Positions 27,751 to 39,760 of a stretch of 64,000 nt of DNA are shown here, one piece after another. The DNA comes from Paragordius varius (Eukaryota; Animalia; Nematomorpha): positions 11,656,001 to 11,720,000 of the forward strand of contig OZ176051.1 of NCBI GenBank assembly GCA_964247055.1, written 5' to 3'. The notes beneath the pieces are model-generated. The model did no database searches. It was not told the origin of the DNA and saw only the letters and a list, made by a program, of their open reading frames with translations. Positions within the stretch are counted from its first letter, which is position 1. Each line of letters opens with the position of its first letter. A program made the translations under genes and the position numbers.

Positions 27751-30700
27751 TAAAGTTTTTATATATAATTTGTAGTATATTTTTGTATGCACTTTTTATA
27801 TTAATTACCATCATAGAGTCAAATCCTAGTAATATGGGTAATTAACTTGCACATTTACATATTTTAACCAATGTCCTAACACGTACTGTTTCATAATACC
27901 TGGTCTAAACAAACTTTTTTTACACTTGGATACAATACATTCATTTTAGTCCTTCGATTCTAATTCCGGTCGTTGAATACCCCAGGCCTTTCAAAAAATA
28001 TGGAAATCGAAACTATGGCAAATTTTTGCACTTGTATAACATTAATAAACCAAAACATAAAAAATAATTCCAAAGTATTTGATATTACTAATAAGGTAAA
28101 CTTAAAGGTAAAAATTTTGTCATAAAATAATACAAAATAAACCACTATTTCTGTTTCTATCAATGTTAGATATGGTTTAATTATTGTACCTTTAATTTTT
28201 AATAAATACACACGATATTTTTTAAAATAATGTAAAATAAAAATGGCGTCGAAATAGTTTGATATTAAACTTTCTTTTCAAACTAAATTTTATTTAGATA
28301 TTTCGGCTTAATTATATATTTTTTATTATAGCCCAATTTGAATCAAAGTCTTAAATAACAAAAGCTTAAAAAAATGTTTATGCATTAATATAGACTTAGA
28401 AGACGATGTTTTCGAAGCACCCAATGCTGGCCCTACTGGTTATCATAATAATTTATTAAAAAACCTATTTTATTCGATACACCTTTTCTATTTTTTAGAG
28501 GACAATCCACCGATTCAAGAAGAAATCCCAAGTAAAACAAATTCTAATAGAATCCCAATTACATGGGAACAATTGATATTATATTTTTAAATATTTTAAG
28601 ATGGGGACAATCGTCCTCCTTCGCCAATTAGAGGTTTTACGATATCATAATACTTTACATAGAAGAATCACTTAGGACTTCATCTAGTTCTGGTTCGTTT
28701 TATATGTTATGTTTTTCACTAGCCAGCGTGGAAGGTATGTTTAATATTAAAGTATCCTCAAATTACTTCTAACAATTTTACTGGATTTCTGTTTGCATTC
28801 TTGTTATTTAAAAGCTATTTAACATATTTTTTATGCAACAAAAATGGGCATTTCCCAATAATTTTTTGGTAATAAATTTATGCTTCCAGGTGTACATTTT
28901 ACCGATTTTTTGGTAAAAATATGTAAATTGAAAGGATATCAAATATTTTTATACAAAATGTTTTACATCGGTTTCTACAAAGTTTGCCCATCTCTCAGGT
29001 AGTTCATGAATGCCGTGCCAGAAAAATTGATTGACTTTTGCAGTAAACCATTTGTCAAACCATCTTCCACCGAAAATATAAAAATACCGCTCTTGGTGCC
29101 CCAATGCGAAATTCTTCAGATGGCGCCAGTCAGGAGAGTTCAGCGGATCCAGAAAATTCTCTCTCCGATGCGATTTGGTGTTTTTAGCTGATTTTCCTGC
29201 GTGAGCCGATGTAATGTTATATGTCTAATTGGTTGTTATTCTAATGCATGGTTAAGGAATTTGTTAGCGATCGTGTTGGATTAATCATTTCACGGAACTT
29301 TTAACGGCACAATGTCGCTCTGATTCCACAAGAGATCATATTTCTTAAATAGAACGGCTGAAAGCCACGTTTTTTGAATTTCCAAATAAGGCCATTTTTC
29401 ACCTGTCCCCATTCGATGCATAAATGATTCTGTTAGTGACGTTGAACAAGATTTTACAAGTCACTTTGCGATTTTTATTTGGCGTTTAATCAATTGTTTT
29501 GGACCAATTCGGATTTATTGTATCCCATTGTTCGTAGACATCTATTCGTAATACGTATAATACTTGTGTTGTTGTTAAGTTTGAATTGGGTCATCATACA
29601 GTAATTGCACTTAAATGATTTAACAGTCGTGTGATTGGCTAGAGGGTCCACATTCTTTCACAAGAAATCACAACTTTTATTATTTCCGAAATCATCTTTC
29701 ACATGTGATAATTGATAGAGAATGTCAGCCATGTGTTTTAAAAACGATAATTTTTGAAAGCCTTTTTCTTCCTATGGCAATGCGCATCGCAAAGGTTTAT
29801 TTCAAGCACCTAATTCGACATGATGACTATATGATTATGATAATTGGACGTTGGTTTAAACTCAACTGATATGTGTATGTTGCTTAACAAAATGGGGTAC
29901 GCAAATTAGTCGTCTGTGTATTTGACGTATTCTAAAAGCCTGTATGAATTTATTAATACACTCATAATTTTTGCGAAAATTGCTTTACGGCCTTTCATGT
30001 TTTGACCCAATATGCGATTTATTCATATTAAATTAAACCAAATATATTTCAATCTGAAAGATGGCTTCATCAGCAAAGTAGCTCTAAAAAATTTGTATTT
30101 TCACAGTTTTCGGTATAAGTAAAACCCACTAGACCCCAATACATAATTATAAAAATAAATTATTTTGTTTTGCTGAAATTTATTTTTGAATACCATTGTA
30201 GCTATAACCTTTAATTTCCTTAATCAACCTAATATATTTAGCACCTAATGCAATGAGTCCAGCAGCAATAGGTTTATTCATAATAAAATTTTTATGAGAT
30301 CCATTAATTATTTAATTCATTTTTTGTTACACACAATATATCTCTACTAAATTCATAATATATAATATTTTAATTTATATATATAATTTTATCTTAGCTC
30401 GATTTGAATTACATTATGCAAGTATATAATCTTTATACCTTAAAAATATAATATTAAACACACTTTTTTAGTATTTCGGCAATTACGAGCGGGTAATATT
30501 ATCATTAACCAATATATATATATATATATATATAGCCATAATCAATTTGCGATATAGTAAGAAATTTTTCATAAATTTAAAAATACTAAAGCTGCTGGAA
30601 TCCTGAGTCAAGGTTGATCATGTCTATCTAATTAATATCCTTTTTAGATGCCAATTCGTTTGCCGGAGGTCACAAAATATATTTTCTATAATTTAAAATG

Positions 30701-33700
30701 TGTCATCGCGTAAATGATTTATAAGAGGCTAATATATAAATAAATATATCCGGGAGCAGTACTCGGTGAATCGCATTGAATTTCATTATATTTATGGATA
30801 GGGCGGAAGCTTATGCTTTACTTAAAGTAACTTGCTGTTAATTTATATTATTAAAACCCGATTGTGAAATCTTTGTAGTACATAAATTTTTTCGAATTCA
30901 AGAGTTTGTATCAATATATCTGTAAACTATTTTGCATTAGGCCACAAAATAGAACCCAAAATCGTTAGGGAAATTTTTTTTAATCGTACGAAATTAGAGT
31001 ATGTGATCTAAAAATATTGGTCGGAAAAAAAAGAACCGGGTTGCTTTTGAAAAATGGTGTTGGAATCGGTTGTTAATGTCTATTATTATTTTAAATAACA
31101 TCCAACTCATTATTTATTATTCTTTGCGGAGGTAAAGTTCCATTGATGAAACAACATAATAACTTCATAAATGCCAAAATATCATTGGTGAAAAAAAGGC
31201 CAAATCAAAATATATATAAAATATTTTTTACAATTTTTTGTTATTTTAACATTTCGATGAAATAACGAATTAAAATCCTACATAATTTATATATATACAG
31301 GAAATTTTGATGGCAAAATATAACCTTTAATAACGTGCGAAATTGTTTTTCTGAGGTCACCGAAACTGGATTGATTTTTAAAACACTAATGAGGCAATCA
31401 AAGCAGTTTTTAAAATTTATAAAATCCGGCTTGGTAGCAGAGTTAGAACCAGATTTATATAAAAAACAAATTTTTTCCCACTAATAGAGTTTTTGAGTGT
31501 CCCTATTTTTTTACTATTTCATGAAAATTAAATTTATTAATCTAGTTATGCAAATGTTGGATCATCGTAATTATTATAATGCTAATATTGTTCACAATTA
31601 TTAACATAAATATTGTATGACACTTGTTTTATATATGGGCTAAAGTTACCCTGACCAACGGTATATCTTTGCTTAATTTCCATTAACTACCAAATTGCCA
31701 TTTTTTTTATTTTTTCTTTATAAAAATTATAGAAGGCGGTTACGTTCAACTGATACAAAGTATCATTATTGCTAATTCTAAAATATCGAATCCAAAAATT
31801 TAGGATTAAGAGACATTGGTATTATTTAACCTCTAATCTTTAAAGGATATTTTCAACACATTGATAGTTATGTGCGAAGTATAATTTAATGATGATAAAT
31901 AAATACTAAAATATAGCTTTGGCTAGCACACAAACACGTATAAAATTTATTTAATTACAATTTTGATAAATAAATAGGACATATCAAAATTAATATTTAT
32001 TAATATAATTTTAATTACTATGTTTAATAAATTTTTGTGTTCACATAGGTTTGGAAACCTTTTTTGATAGTATGTCTACATAAATATTAAATTCATTTAA
32101 ATTATAGATTTACTATTAGTTTTTGCTGTTTAACATTTGTTATTACAAATAGTAACACTATTTTATAACCCAAGTCAAAATGCAGAATCGTAATCGGATT
32201 AGATCTCAAAATCGTTAAAATAAAACAAGGTTTTATAATTTAAAGGTATTTCTATGGGAAAAATGGAACTGGAACCGAGTTAGTTCTAAAAATATCAAGT
32301 GATCACTAGTTGTAGAGGGGTTTACTTTTGTTTTTCTAATTCTGAAACGAACATAAACTATTGCAATGTGCACAAAAATAAAACAAATGATCAACATTCT
32401 CATCAAAAACATATAATTAGTGTGTGCTAAGGGCGAGTCAATTATAAAAATAAAACTTTGATATCGATGTGAAATATCAAAAAACACTAACCTGCAATAT
32501 GTGATAAAAAATTAGGTTGGTCGCTTTTTGCCTTTGTGTAGAAAGACGATGCTGAACAAAAAATATAAATAAAATTTTGACGGAGATCGGTATAAATTTG
32601 GGTAGTTGTAAGAAAGTTATTTTACTTTCATAGAAATTCAAATTTGATCAAAGTTAAAATGTTGAAGTTGAACATTTTTTCCTTTTGTCTATTTAATTAT
32701 GTACTAATTTATTGCATAAGCACGCATGTGCGTACTGTATACATATTATAAAAAAATTTAAGCAAAACAATATATATATCGTTTAATTATTTTTATGTGT
32801 GACCCAATAACACATGGATCCCGCAAATTTTCCTTTTCTTAAAATAAACATAAAGGCCGAATAAATTAATATTTAAATATTTACATTCAGAAATACAGTA
32901 AAAATTATACGGACAAACTGTAAAAATATAAACACAAATTTTTTTTAAAAAATAACCATACTTTTTAAGCCTTGATTTATCCTATAAATAACATTTCTTT
33001 ACACTCGTAAAATACATATTGTATTACTAATTTACTTTTTCTATATTATACTTTGTAGTTAAAAACAATGAGTTATATTTAATTAAGATTAAAAAGATAT
33101 GGTTGTTTTGAAAAAATTATTTTTCTATTTTCACGTTTTGTCCGTATAATTTTAATTTTTACTTTAATTAAAGCCGATTAAATTATGTAATATTTGTCAA
33201 ATGTATTATTGAATTAAAATATAAAACAATTAATTATCTTTTATATAAGTCCCAAAATGATCGTTCGCCTTCTTATGTGAGTAGATTCATTAAAAAAAAT
33301 TGTTATATTTGACATCATTTTAAGGCACCAAATATTAATAAAAGAGGCGAATAAAATTAAAAATATAAACTATTTTCAAAAAATGATAGATGCCGTATAC
33401 TAATTAATTCTTTATGCTTAGATCTCGCCATATTTCCATATGGTGCAAATACATAACATAAGTCCGTATATAAATATAATTACTCGTAAGGCTCAAAACT
33501 AATGCTAAACTGATACGTTTTTATCAAAATATATCCGAATATTTTTATTGTTTCCTCTGATTAATGCACTTAATCTACAAGAACATAATGTATATGTATT
33601 AATTCTTTCATCGAAATAAATTTTTTATGGTATTTGCGCATAAGGGCTGTATTGTAAAAAGCTTTATGTAACAGACATATGTTGTGGGCTGTCCAAACTC

Positions 33701-34481
33701 AAATTTATCAAAATTTACACTTCTATCCTTTTTCAAATAATTTAATTTAGTATTGCAACAAAGAATTTTGGGTAAATATGTTCACAATTATTCTATAATT
33801 CTATAGAGGATACAGGTCATTTATTGGGTAAAATAAGTATATATAATATTTGTATTAGCTGCTCCAAGCCAAGTTATCGGTAAATTTATAAAAAATAAAT
33901 TCATAATTTTTTAGATACTGTCGAACATGTGACAGGTTGGATTGCGATATTTGTTTCATTTATATTGCCATAAATAAATATATAACACCTTTATTGTGTA
34001 ACATTAGATGCGATTGAGCTAGATGAAGGTAGACTTAATATATTAATTTAAAACCCAAAAAAAGCTTTAACATTTTTACCATCGTTATTTAATATACTGG
34101 AGCATTAAATAATTTTAAAATATCGTCTTCGGGCCAAACTACATAAAAATGTTTCGACATAAACTCTAAATCGATAATATTCATTTGCAAAAATGTCAAA
34201 TTAATTGTTTAATCTTCTAATTTTTCAGAAGACCAAAATAGTTTATGTTGTAGGGTGAAAGTTTTAGGCTTTCATTTACAGAATTTAAACTTATTGGACA
34301 TGTTTAAGAAATTTACGATAATAATGATAAAATTAATCCGTATTTATTTTGTCATATTTAGCTATTGATGTGATTTGTAAGATGAGCTTTATAAAAATAT
34401 TTAAAAAATATATTTATATAGTCTCTCACATGGCAAGTTTATTCATTTTTTAATTTTTTTCAACCTTTAGCCGAAGAATAA
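21474..34481 (+). CDS. Putative secreted micro-exon gene (MEG-like), about 28 symmetric phase-1 exons, product unknown
   Basis: Signal-peptide exon 21474-21561 (MVCQSTIICFFLIICWLFLYSNIQCSVKI). Then AG..GT-bounded, stop-free phase 1-1 exons, each a multiple of 3: 22242-22298, 25063-25092, 25523-25651, 26528-26629, 26765-26803, 27817-27837, 28394-28438, 28499-28531, 28601-28633, 28663-28692, 28723-28734, 30242-30271, 30472-30492, 30592-30612, 30648-30668, 31546-31566, 31733-31759, 31804-31818, 31917-31937, 32049-32069, 33807-33815, 33859-33879, 33915-33935, 34008-34028, 34229-34240, 34362-34376; terminal 34471-34481. Most are GC-rich islands ending G|GT, and none overlaps a recognised transposon. 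Individual micro-exons and both gene ends are less certain than the overall architecture. Confidence 0.7.
22531..22821 (+). mobile_element. Tc1/mariner-type MITE with repeated subterminal aattcaccct motifs
   Basis: TIRs tacc(g/a)tttaca...t(a/g)taaatggta; colinear with 46555-46818. Confidence 0.7.
23295..24338 (+). mobile_element. Non-autonomous Helitron family A, both termini intact, with an internal tandem duplication
   Basis: A|TCTATATATTTATAAAAATGG at 23295 and ...gcacgagatttacgCTAG|T at 24338 (A-T insertion, no TSD). About 23830-24190 duplicates about 23325-23700. 16-bp palindrome atccacatatgtggat near 24270. Confidence 0.88.
27713..27749. repeat. (TA)n microsatellite
   Basis: Uninterrupted AT dinucleotide run; others at about 30510-30533 and 45328-45353. 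Confidence 0.9.
27923..28350 (-). mobile_element. piggyBac-like TTAA MITE, internally deleted copy
   Basis: Begins cacttggatacaatacattcattttagtccttcgattc; ends cccaatttgaatcaaagtc|TTAA (28351-28354); colinear with 60620-61165. Confidence 0.75.
28886..29900 (-). mobile_element. Decayed mariner (Mos1-like) transposon
   Basis: Terminal CCAGGTGTACA (28886-28896) equals the start of the Mos1 TIR. Minus-strand fragments: ATGTCGAA start at 29821, FMHRMGTGEKW (FLHRIVTGDEKW), SPD-APS, RWFDKWFTAKVNQFFWHGIHELPERWANFVETDVKHFV* ending about 28949. Many frameshifts; the far end is approximate. Confidence 0.85.
32901..33153. mobile_element. Short MITE-like inverted repeat with about 80-bp arms
   Basis: aaaattatacggacaaa...aaccatactttttaa (32901-32968) mirrored by ttaaaaagatatggtt...tttgtccgtataatttt (about 33089-33153). 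Confidence 0.6.
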
Positions 34482-35944
34482 TAAAACAGCGTCATTATAA
34501 ATAATCATATAAATAAATATATTCTTTTTTAATTATCATAATAAATTATATTAATATTCTATCCATATAAAATGGTAAATCTGACTAGCTTCTATAACGT
34601 TCTGCATGCAGTGTCTAATACGCTCTTAAGATATTATATGCAGCCCACAAAAAATTTGGTCAATAAATCCATGATTTGTAATTAATTACAAATGAAATTA
34701 AGAATATTAGGTAATTTTATCGTCCGAATAAGTTAAAAAAATTTGGTAATAGAAAAAAATATAAATATACATTAAATGCTTATTTTTTAGAGATTTTTAA
34801 TCTATTAGCATATTTATCAATGCCCTTGAAGTTTCGATTTTTTTAATTAAAAAAGCGGCTCTCTTTGAATAAAAAACCCTTCTCTAAAACTTAAAAACTA
34901 TAAACAAAAGATATTGTTAAATATTTGGAATGATTTAATTAAAATAAACTATAAAATTTTATTTAAACTTTGATTTAAAAAACACAATTCGTAGCAATCC
35001 CTAAAAAAGTACAGTTTTTCTCAAAATAATTTAACCGCATATTCATGATGTGATTTATTAAAGCTTTACCTATAAGACCTGTTTTAATTCTGCTATATCT
35101 GGTTATAATATAATTTGCTTAAATAAAACAATTTTTTCCTCCAAATCAGGGGTATTCAACACACGAACACACTGAGGACTGCAGTCAAAAAAATATAACG
35201 TATGGATAGCATAATATTTATTATATTACAACTACCATATAACTGAAAAATTACGACCGCTATATATCTATTGGTTTATTCGGTTGACAAAATTCGGAAA
35301 TATATATTTATTCGCCTCAATTTCTAAAATCATTTAGGTGTATCTTCGATAAAAAAATTCTAATAATCTTTACAGTTGTCTATAATGAATGATAATTTTG
35401 ACCGTTAAGAACTTAAATCCAATTTGAAGGTTTTTAAATTTTTATCAAACAATCAAGGATCTAAATAAACAAATATATTTGATTCTGAATGAATTAATAT
35501 TAAAATATTATTTATAAAAGTAAATAAATAAATATAACTCATAAAATGTTTATAATTTAAATAATTTTATACAATTAATTTATTTTTATAGTGTGAATAA
35601 TCAGTGTTTTTTTTGTAATATGTGAGATGAAAAATTTTAATTTTATATTTTTCGCTCCAAGCCAGATTCAATTTTATTATGACATGGGATATTTAACCAA
35701 AAAAATATTAATGAAATCATATTCTAGTATATTAACAGAATAATATCAAACCTCATTTTATTTGAGGGTAATTTTGCACAAAGAGATTTAATTTAATTAA
35801 ATAATAATTTTTTAGTTTTAGGAGCATAAAACCATAAATAAAATATTTAAAATACACCCATTTTATATGCCACCTTTTAACCTTTGAATTTAATCGCTTA
35901 TAACATAGTGTCCACAATATAAATATTACCGGCATTTTTGCGTT

Positions 35945-36240
35945 TAAAGGTTACAGCCCGTTTTAGTAGAGGAAAAAAATTTGAGTTTCGGAGCTCACAT
36001 CTAAAAATTAAATATTATAAAATTATTTTGCTTTATAAAAGTAATTTTATGATATACAGTGATATTTTTTGGAATGAAGTAATTAGCTTTTCATTAAAAA
36101 AAATTATTACAAAAATATGGTATTTTTCCATTTTCCAATATGGAACTCTTAGAAGTATGAATAACTTATATCACTCGCAAGGCCACCAAAGCACCATGAG
36201 AATCCTGATACATTTTCTCTCAGAATATATTTATTTTATG
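35945..36240 (+). repeat. Partial arm of the foldback family
   Basis: gagctcacatctaaaaatt...aatcctgatacattttctc; colinear with 46190-46455 and 39310-39650. Confidence 0.7.
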
Positions 36241-36495
36241 AAGATACTTATTCATGATCCCAATTTTATACACTGTGTAATTTATTTTAGGGAAGCATAT
36301 TTTAATTGAGACTATATTCATTATTTTTTAAAGGTTCAAAAATAGTATGGTGTCTTTAGATACCCCAAAGTCGAAGTGTTAAGACCTTCGTTTTTATTAA
36401 TTTTTAATACATTTTGGGTTGCCTGTTATATTAGCATTAAATAATTTAAAGAAGGATAATAGCAAAGCACTTTAATACGTATTTTTTAAGAAAAA

Positions 36496-37058
36496 CACTT
36501 CGATTAAAATTGGGGTATCTAAATACCCCAAACTAAATTTAAATTTATATTTTTAAAAAAAACTACTGAAGGAATGGTCCCAATTATGCTTCTATTCTAA
36601 TAAAAATTATATAAATAAGCCAAAATAAATCTAAATAAAATTTTGTTTTGAAAAAAAAGTTTCATGTCAAACTACTTCGACGCCATTTTTAATTCACAAA
36701 ATTTTTGTAAAATACGTGTTCATTTTATTTTAAAGCTGTAATTAACGATAATTTTTTATTTAAATAACATCTAGCAGTGATAGAAATAAAAAAATTGGTG
36801 TATTTGTATTATTATTGAATTAGCCGATGCCCACATGTTACGTTAACTAATTTTTTACATCTGGGTTTTACATAAAATAAGTAATATCAAGTATTTTTAA
36901 ATTATTATATTTCGGTTTATTAAAGTTATATAAGTGCAATTTGCCATGGCTTCAATTCCTTCCATATTTAATAAAGAATTTAATTTTAAAGAGGCCTGGG
37001 GTATCCAACTACCCCAAGTTGAATCGAATGACTGAAATGAATGTGTTGCATCCAAGTT
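36496..37058 (+). mobile_element. piggyBac-like TTAA MITE
   Basis: Left end cacttcgattaaaattggggtatctaaatacccca; right end taccccaagttgaatcg...tccaagtt|TTAA (37059-37062). Confidence 0.75.
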
Positions 37059-37432
37059 TTAATAAAAGAATAAAGACATATTGTATTTGGCAAATTATAA
37101 TTATATAATCCTTAGAGGCGTTTGAATTGACGATCTAAAAGTTGACGTATAATATATTGATCTGCTTAAAACTTAAACGCTTACAGCTTTCTAACTTCCG
37201 GAGTCCTAACTTGTGATACCTCCAAGACTTGAATTAAATAAGTCTAAACATAAGAAGCTATGCACAGTTATTGTAAGTTTTATAACACTATTTACTTGTT
37301 GTAATAGACTGCGCGAGATTGGACGGTAACTATATTCTGATAAATTTGTATGTATCCTGATAATCCAGGAATGCTTTTTGACCCTTACGAGATTTAAGAA
37401 AAATTATTAACACTTTTGTGGAACTGCATAAA

Positions 37433-37963
37433 CACTTCAATTCTAAATGGGGTGTCTGAATACCCCAGGCGATTTAAATTGATATTTTTTGAATACTGTT
37501 TAAATTTATGCTTCTATCCTAATAAAAATTATATAAATAAGCCAAAATAATATAAAAAGTTTCGTCTCATACTTGGACACCATTTTTATTTACAACATTT
37601 TTGCAAATATCGTGTTTATTTGATTATAAGCCAAAAATTAAGCTTACTTTGTTATTAAAATCACATTTAACATTAATAAAAACAAAAAAGTGGTATATTT
37701 TGAGCTATTTATGTATTTTACTTATGCACATATGTCATCTTTGCTAACTTTTTACCTTTCGGTTTTACCCTAGAATAAGTAATGTCAAGTATTTTTAAAT
37801 GAATATTTTATTATATTTCGGTTCATTAATGTTACATAAGTGCAAACATTTGCCATGGTTTTAATTTATTCGATATTTTTTTAAAAACATATATTTAAAC
37901 AAGCCTGGGTATCTAACTACCCCAATTTGTATCGAAGGACTGAAATGAATGCGTTTTATCCTG
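37433..37963 (+). mobile_element. piggyBac-like TTAA MITE
   Basis: Left end cacttcaattctaaatggggtgtctgaatacccca; right end taccccaatttgtatcgaaggactgaaatgaatg...tg|TTAA (37964-37967). Confidence 0.75.
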
Positions 37964-38039
37964 TTAAGAAAATAGAAGTACACGTAATATTTTTTTGGTG
38001 AAAGTCAAATGATATAAAAATGACTAAATCATATCATGA

Positions 38040-38830
38040 TAAAAAGCAAAACCATATTTTTATAAAATTTTAATTATGGGCTCCGAAAATCCTAAATTTT
38101 TTCACCCTTCTAAAATCGGCATTTTCTCTTAATATAAACTCTAAAATGCTGTTGCCGATAAAAAATATTTTGAACCAATGCATGCATTGTTCAAAAATTT
38201 ATTTTTTAGCAAAATCTTGTGAAGCGTCCTTCATGCTTTTAGATGCATGTTTAAGAACGCTTTAAGATGTATTAAAAGTTTTTCAAATTTTCTGATGCTG
38301 AACATTTACCTTAGAATAATAAAGGGCGCATTTGATTTCCTTGTAAATTTTTGTAAAACATCAATTTATATTCAACATTTTTGAAGACAAACGATATTTT
38401 CATCGCACTATTCAGCTTCCACTTATTCAGAAAAAATATCTTAAAATATTTTTATACCGTTTTCATCATGTCTTAAATGGAAGTAGGATTCATCCTTTTG
38501 CTTAATATCAAACTTTTAAGTATAACAATTTTTTCGAAAAAAACTTTGCCCAATCTAAGCATGGCGTTTATTAGGATCTAGCTCATTAAAGAAAAATGAA
38601 TTTACACTTTCATAGCCTACATCAAAAATAAAATATATAAAAAAATTGTTTTGTTTGCAGATATATTTTAGTGATATTTGTTAAATGAAGCATTAACGTT
38701 TTGCCAAAGAATATTTATTTAACGAAATAAGGGCGAATTTAGAAATTTTTTGATATGGAGCAGTTGCCAATAAAATGTAAATAACTTTTTTAATGAAGGA
38801 AAAAAAACCAAAAGCACCATGTATCTTATG
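38040..38830. mobile_element. Degenerate foldback element (two inverted arms, centre about 38350)
   Basis: Minus arm contains tgggctccgaaaa (38078); plus arm starts ttgaagacaaacga (38381) and runs to ccaaaagcaccatg (38810); same family as 45355-46455. Confidence 0.6.
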
Positions 38831-39059
38831 AGAATATGTAGTAAATTATTTATATATATATGCTAATTGACATCGAAAAAAAGATTTTAGCGTGCTTATA
38901 GATAATTCAATTTTTGGCAATTTTTTTAAGGCGTACCTCCTACTATTTTACGAATGAGGAAAACGGTCGTAGAATGCTTTTATATATTGTATTTTCTGAA
39001 AAATTGGATGAAGCTGACTCTCAAATTTTGGTGATTTTCTATATAAAAAACAATTTATA

Positions 39060-39650
39060 TTTGACACAAATTTGAAGACAGACGAATATTTAAAATTCTG
39101 AGAGGACAGAAATGTTTAGAATAATCAAATTATATAGAGAAAAAGGTTTTTCTAAAACCGTTTTAATATAGTAACATGCCTGGAAAAATTAAATTTTTGT
39201 AAAAAGTATGCATTTTAAAAAATATTTTTTATATGTCAAAATTCACCATATACCAATGAAATTCATCGCGCAATCTCGGCATTTTTGTATTTATTTTATA
39301 AGATCTAACCCGTTTTTGAAAAGCAAAAAAATTTGGTACTTTTGGAGCCCACATCTAAAAATCAAAACCAGTTAATTTATAACATATAAGGAGATGACGC
39401 CTTCCGCCGCAAAATATCTGATTTTCTTATTATAAAAATATTGTTTTGCCTTTTATATTTTGATATGTTTTAGTAATATTTTAGCAATGCAATTAGCTTC
39501 ATCAAATAATTTATTACAAAACATGTGCTCAAATTTTGGCATTTTCTGATATAAAGCGCTTACCACAAAAAAGTAAATAACTGTCTTAAATAACTTGTAA
39601 GCTCAAACCAAAATCTCTCAGATTATTGATACACTTTCCCATCGAAATAT
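39060..39650 (+). repeat. Single arm of the foldback family
   Basis: tttgaagacagacgaatatttaaaat ... gagcccacatctaaaaat ... ttgatacactttccc; colinear with 45920-46455. Confidence 0.7.
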
Positions 39651-39760
39651 ATATACTTCATGATATTCTTTTGTGAATACTGTTATATAAGTAGGAGAAA
39701 TATCTAAATAAATTTTAGTTTTAAAATTTGAGGCCATTTTTATTTTACAAAAATTTTTAA

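Noticed and set aside
29006-29191. 61-aa plus-strand ORF
   Set aside because: Antisense to the mariner relic.
27046-33442. Extra symmetric micro-exon candidates 27046-27075, 27198-27218, 30107-30112, 30398-30421, 32203-32229 and 33422-33442 (also 23142-23159)
   Set aside because: Frame-compatible, but with weak splice sites or little GC contrast; left out of the core model because such pairs arise by chance in AT-rich DNA.
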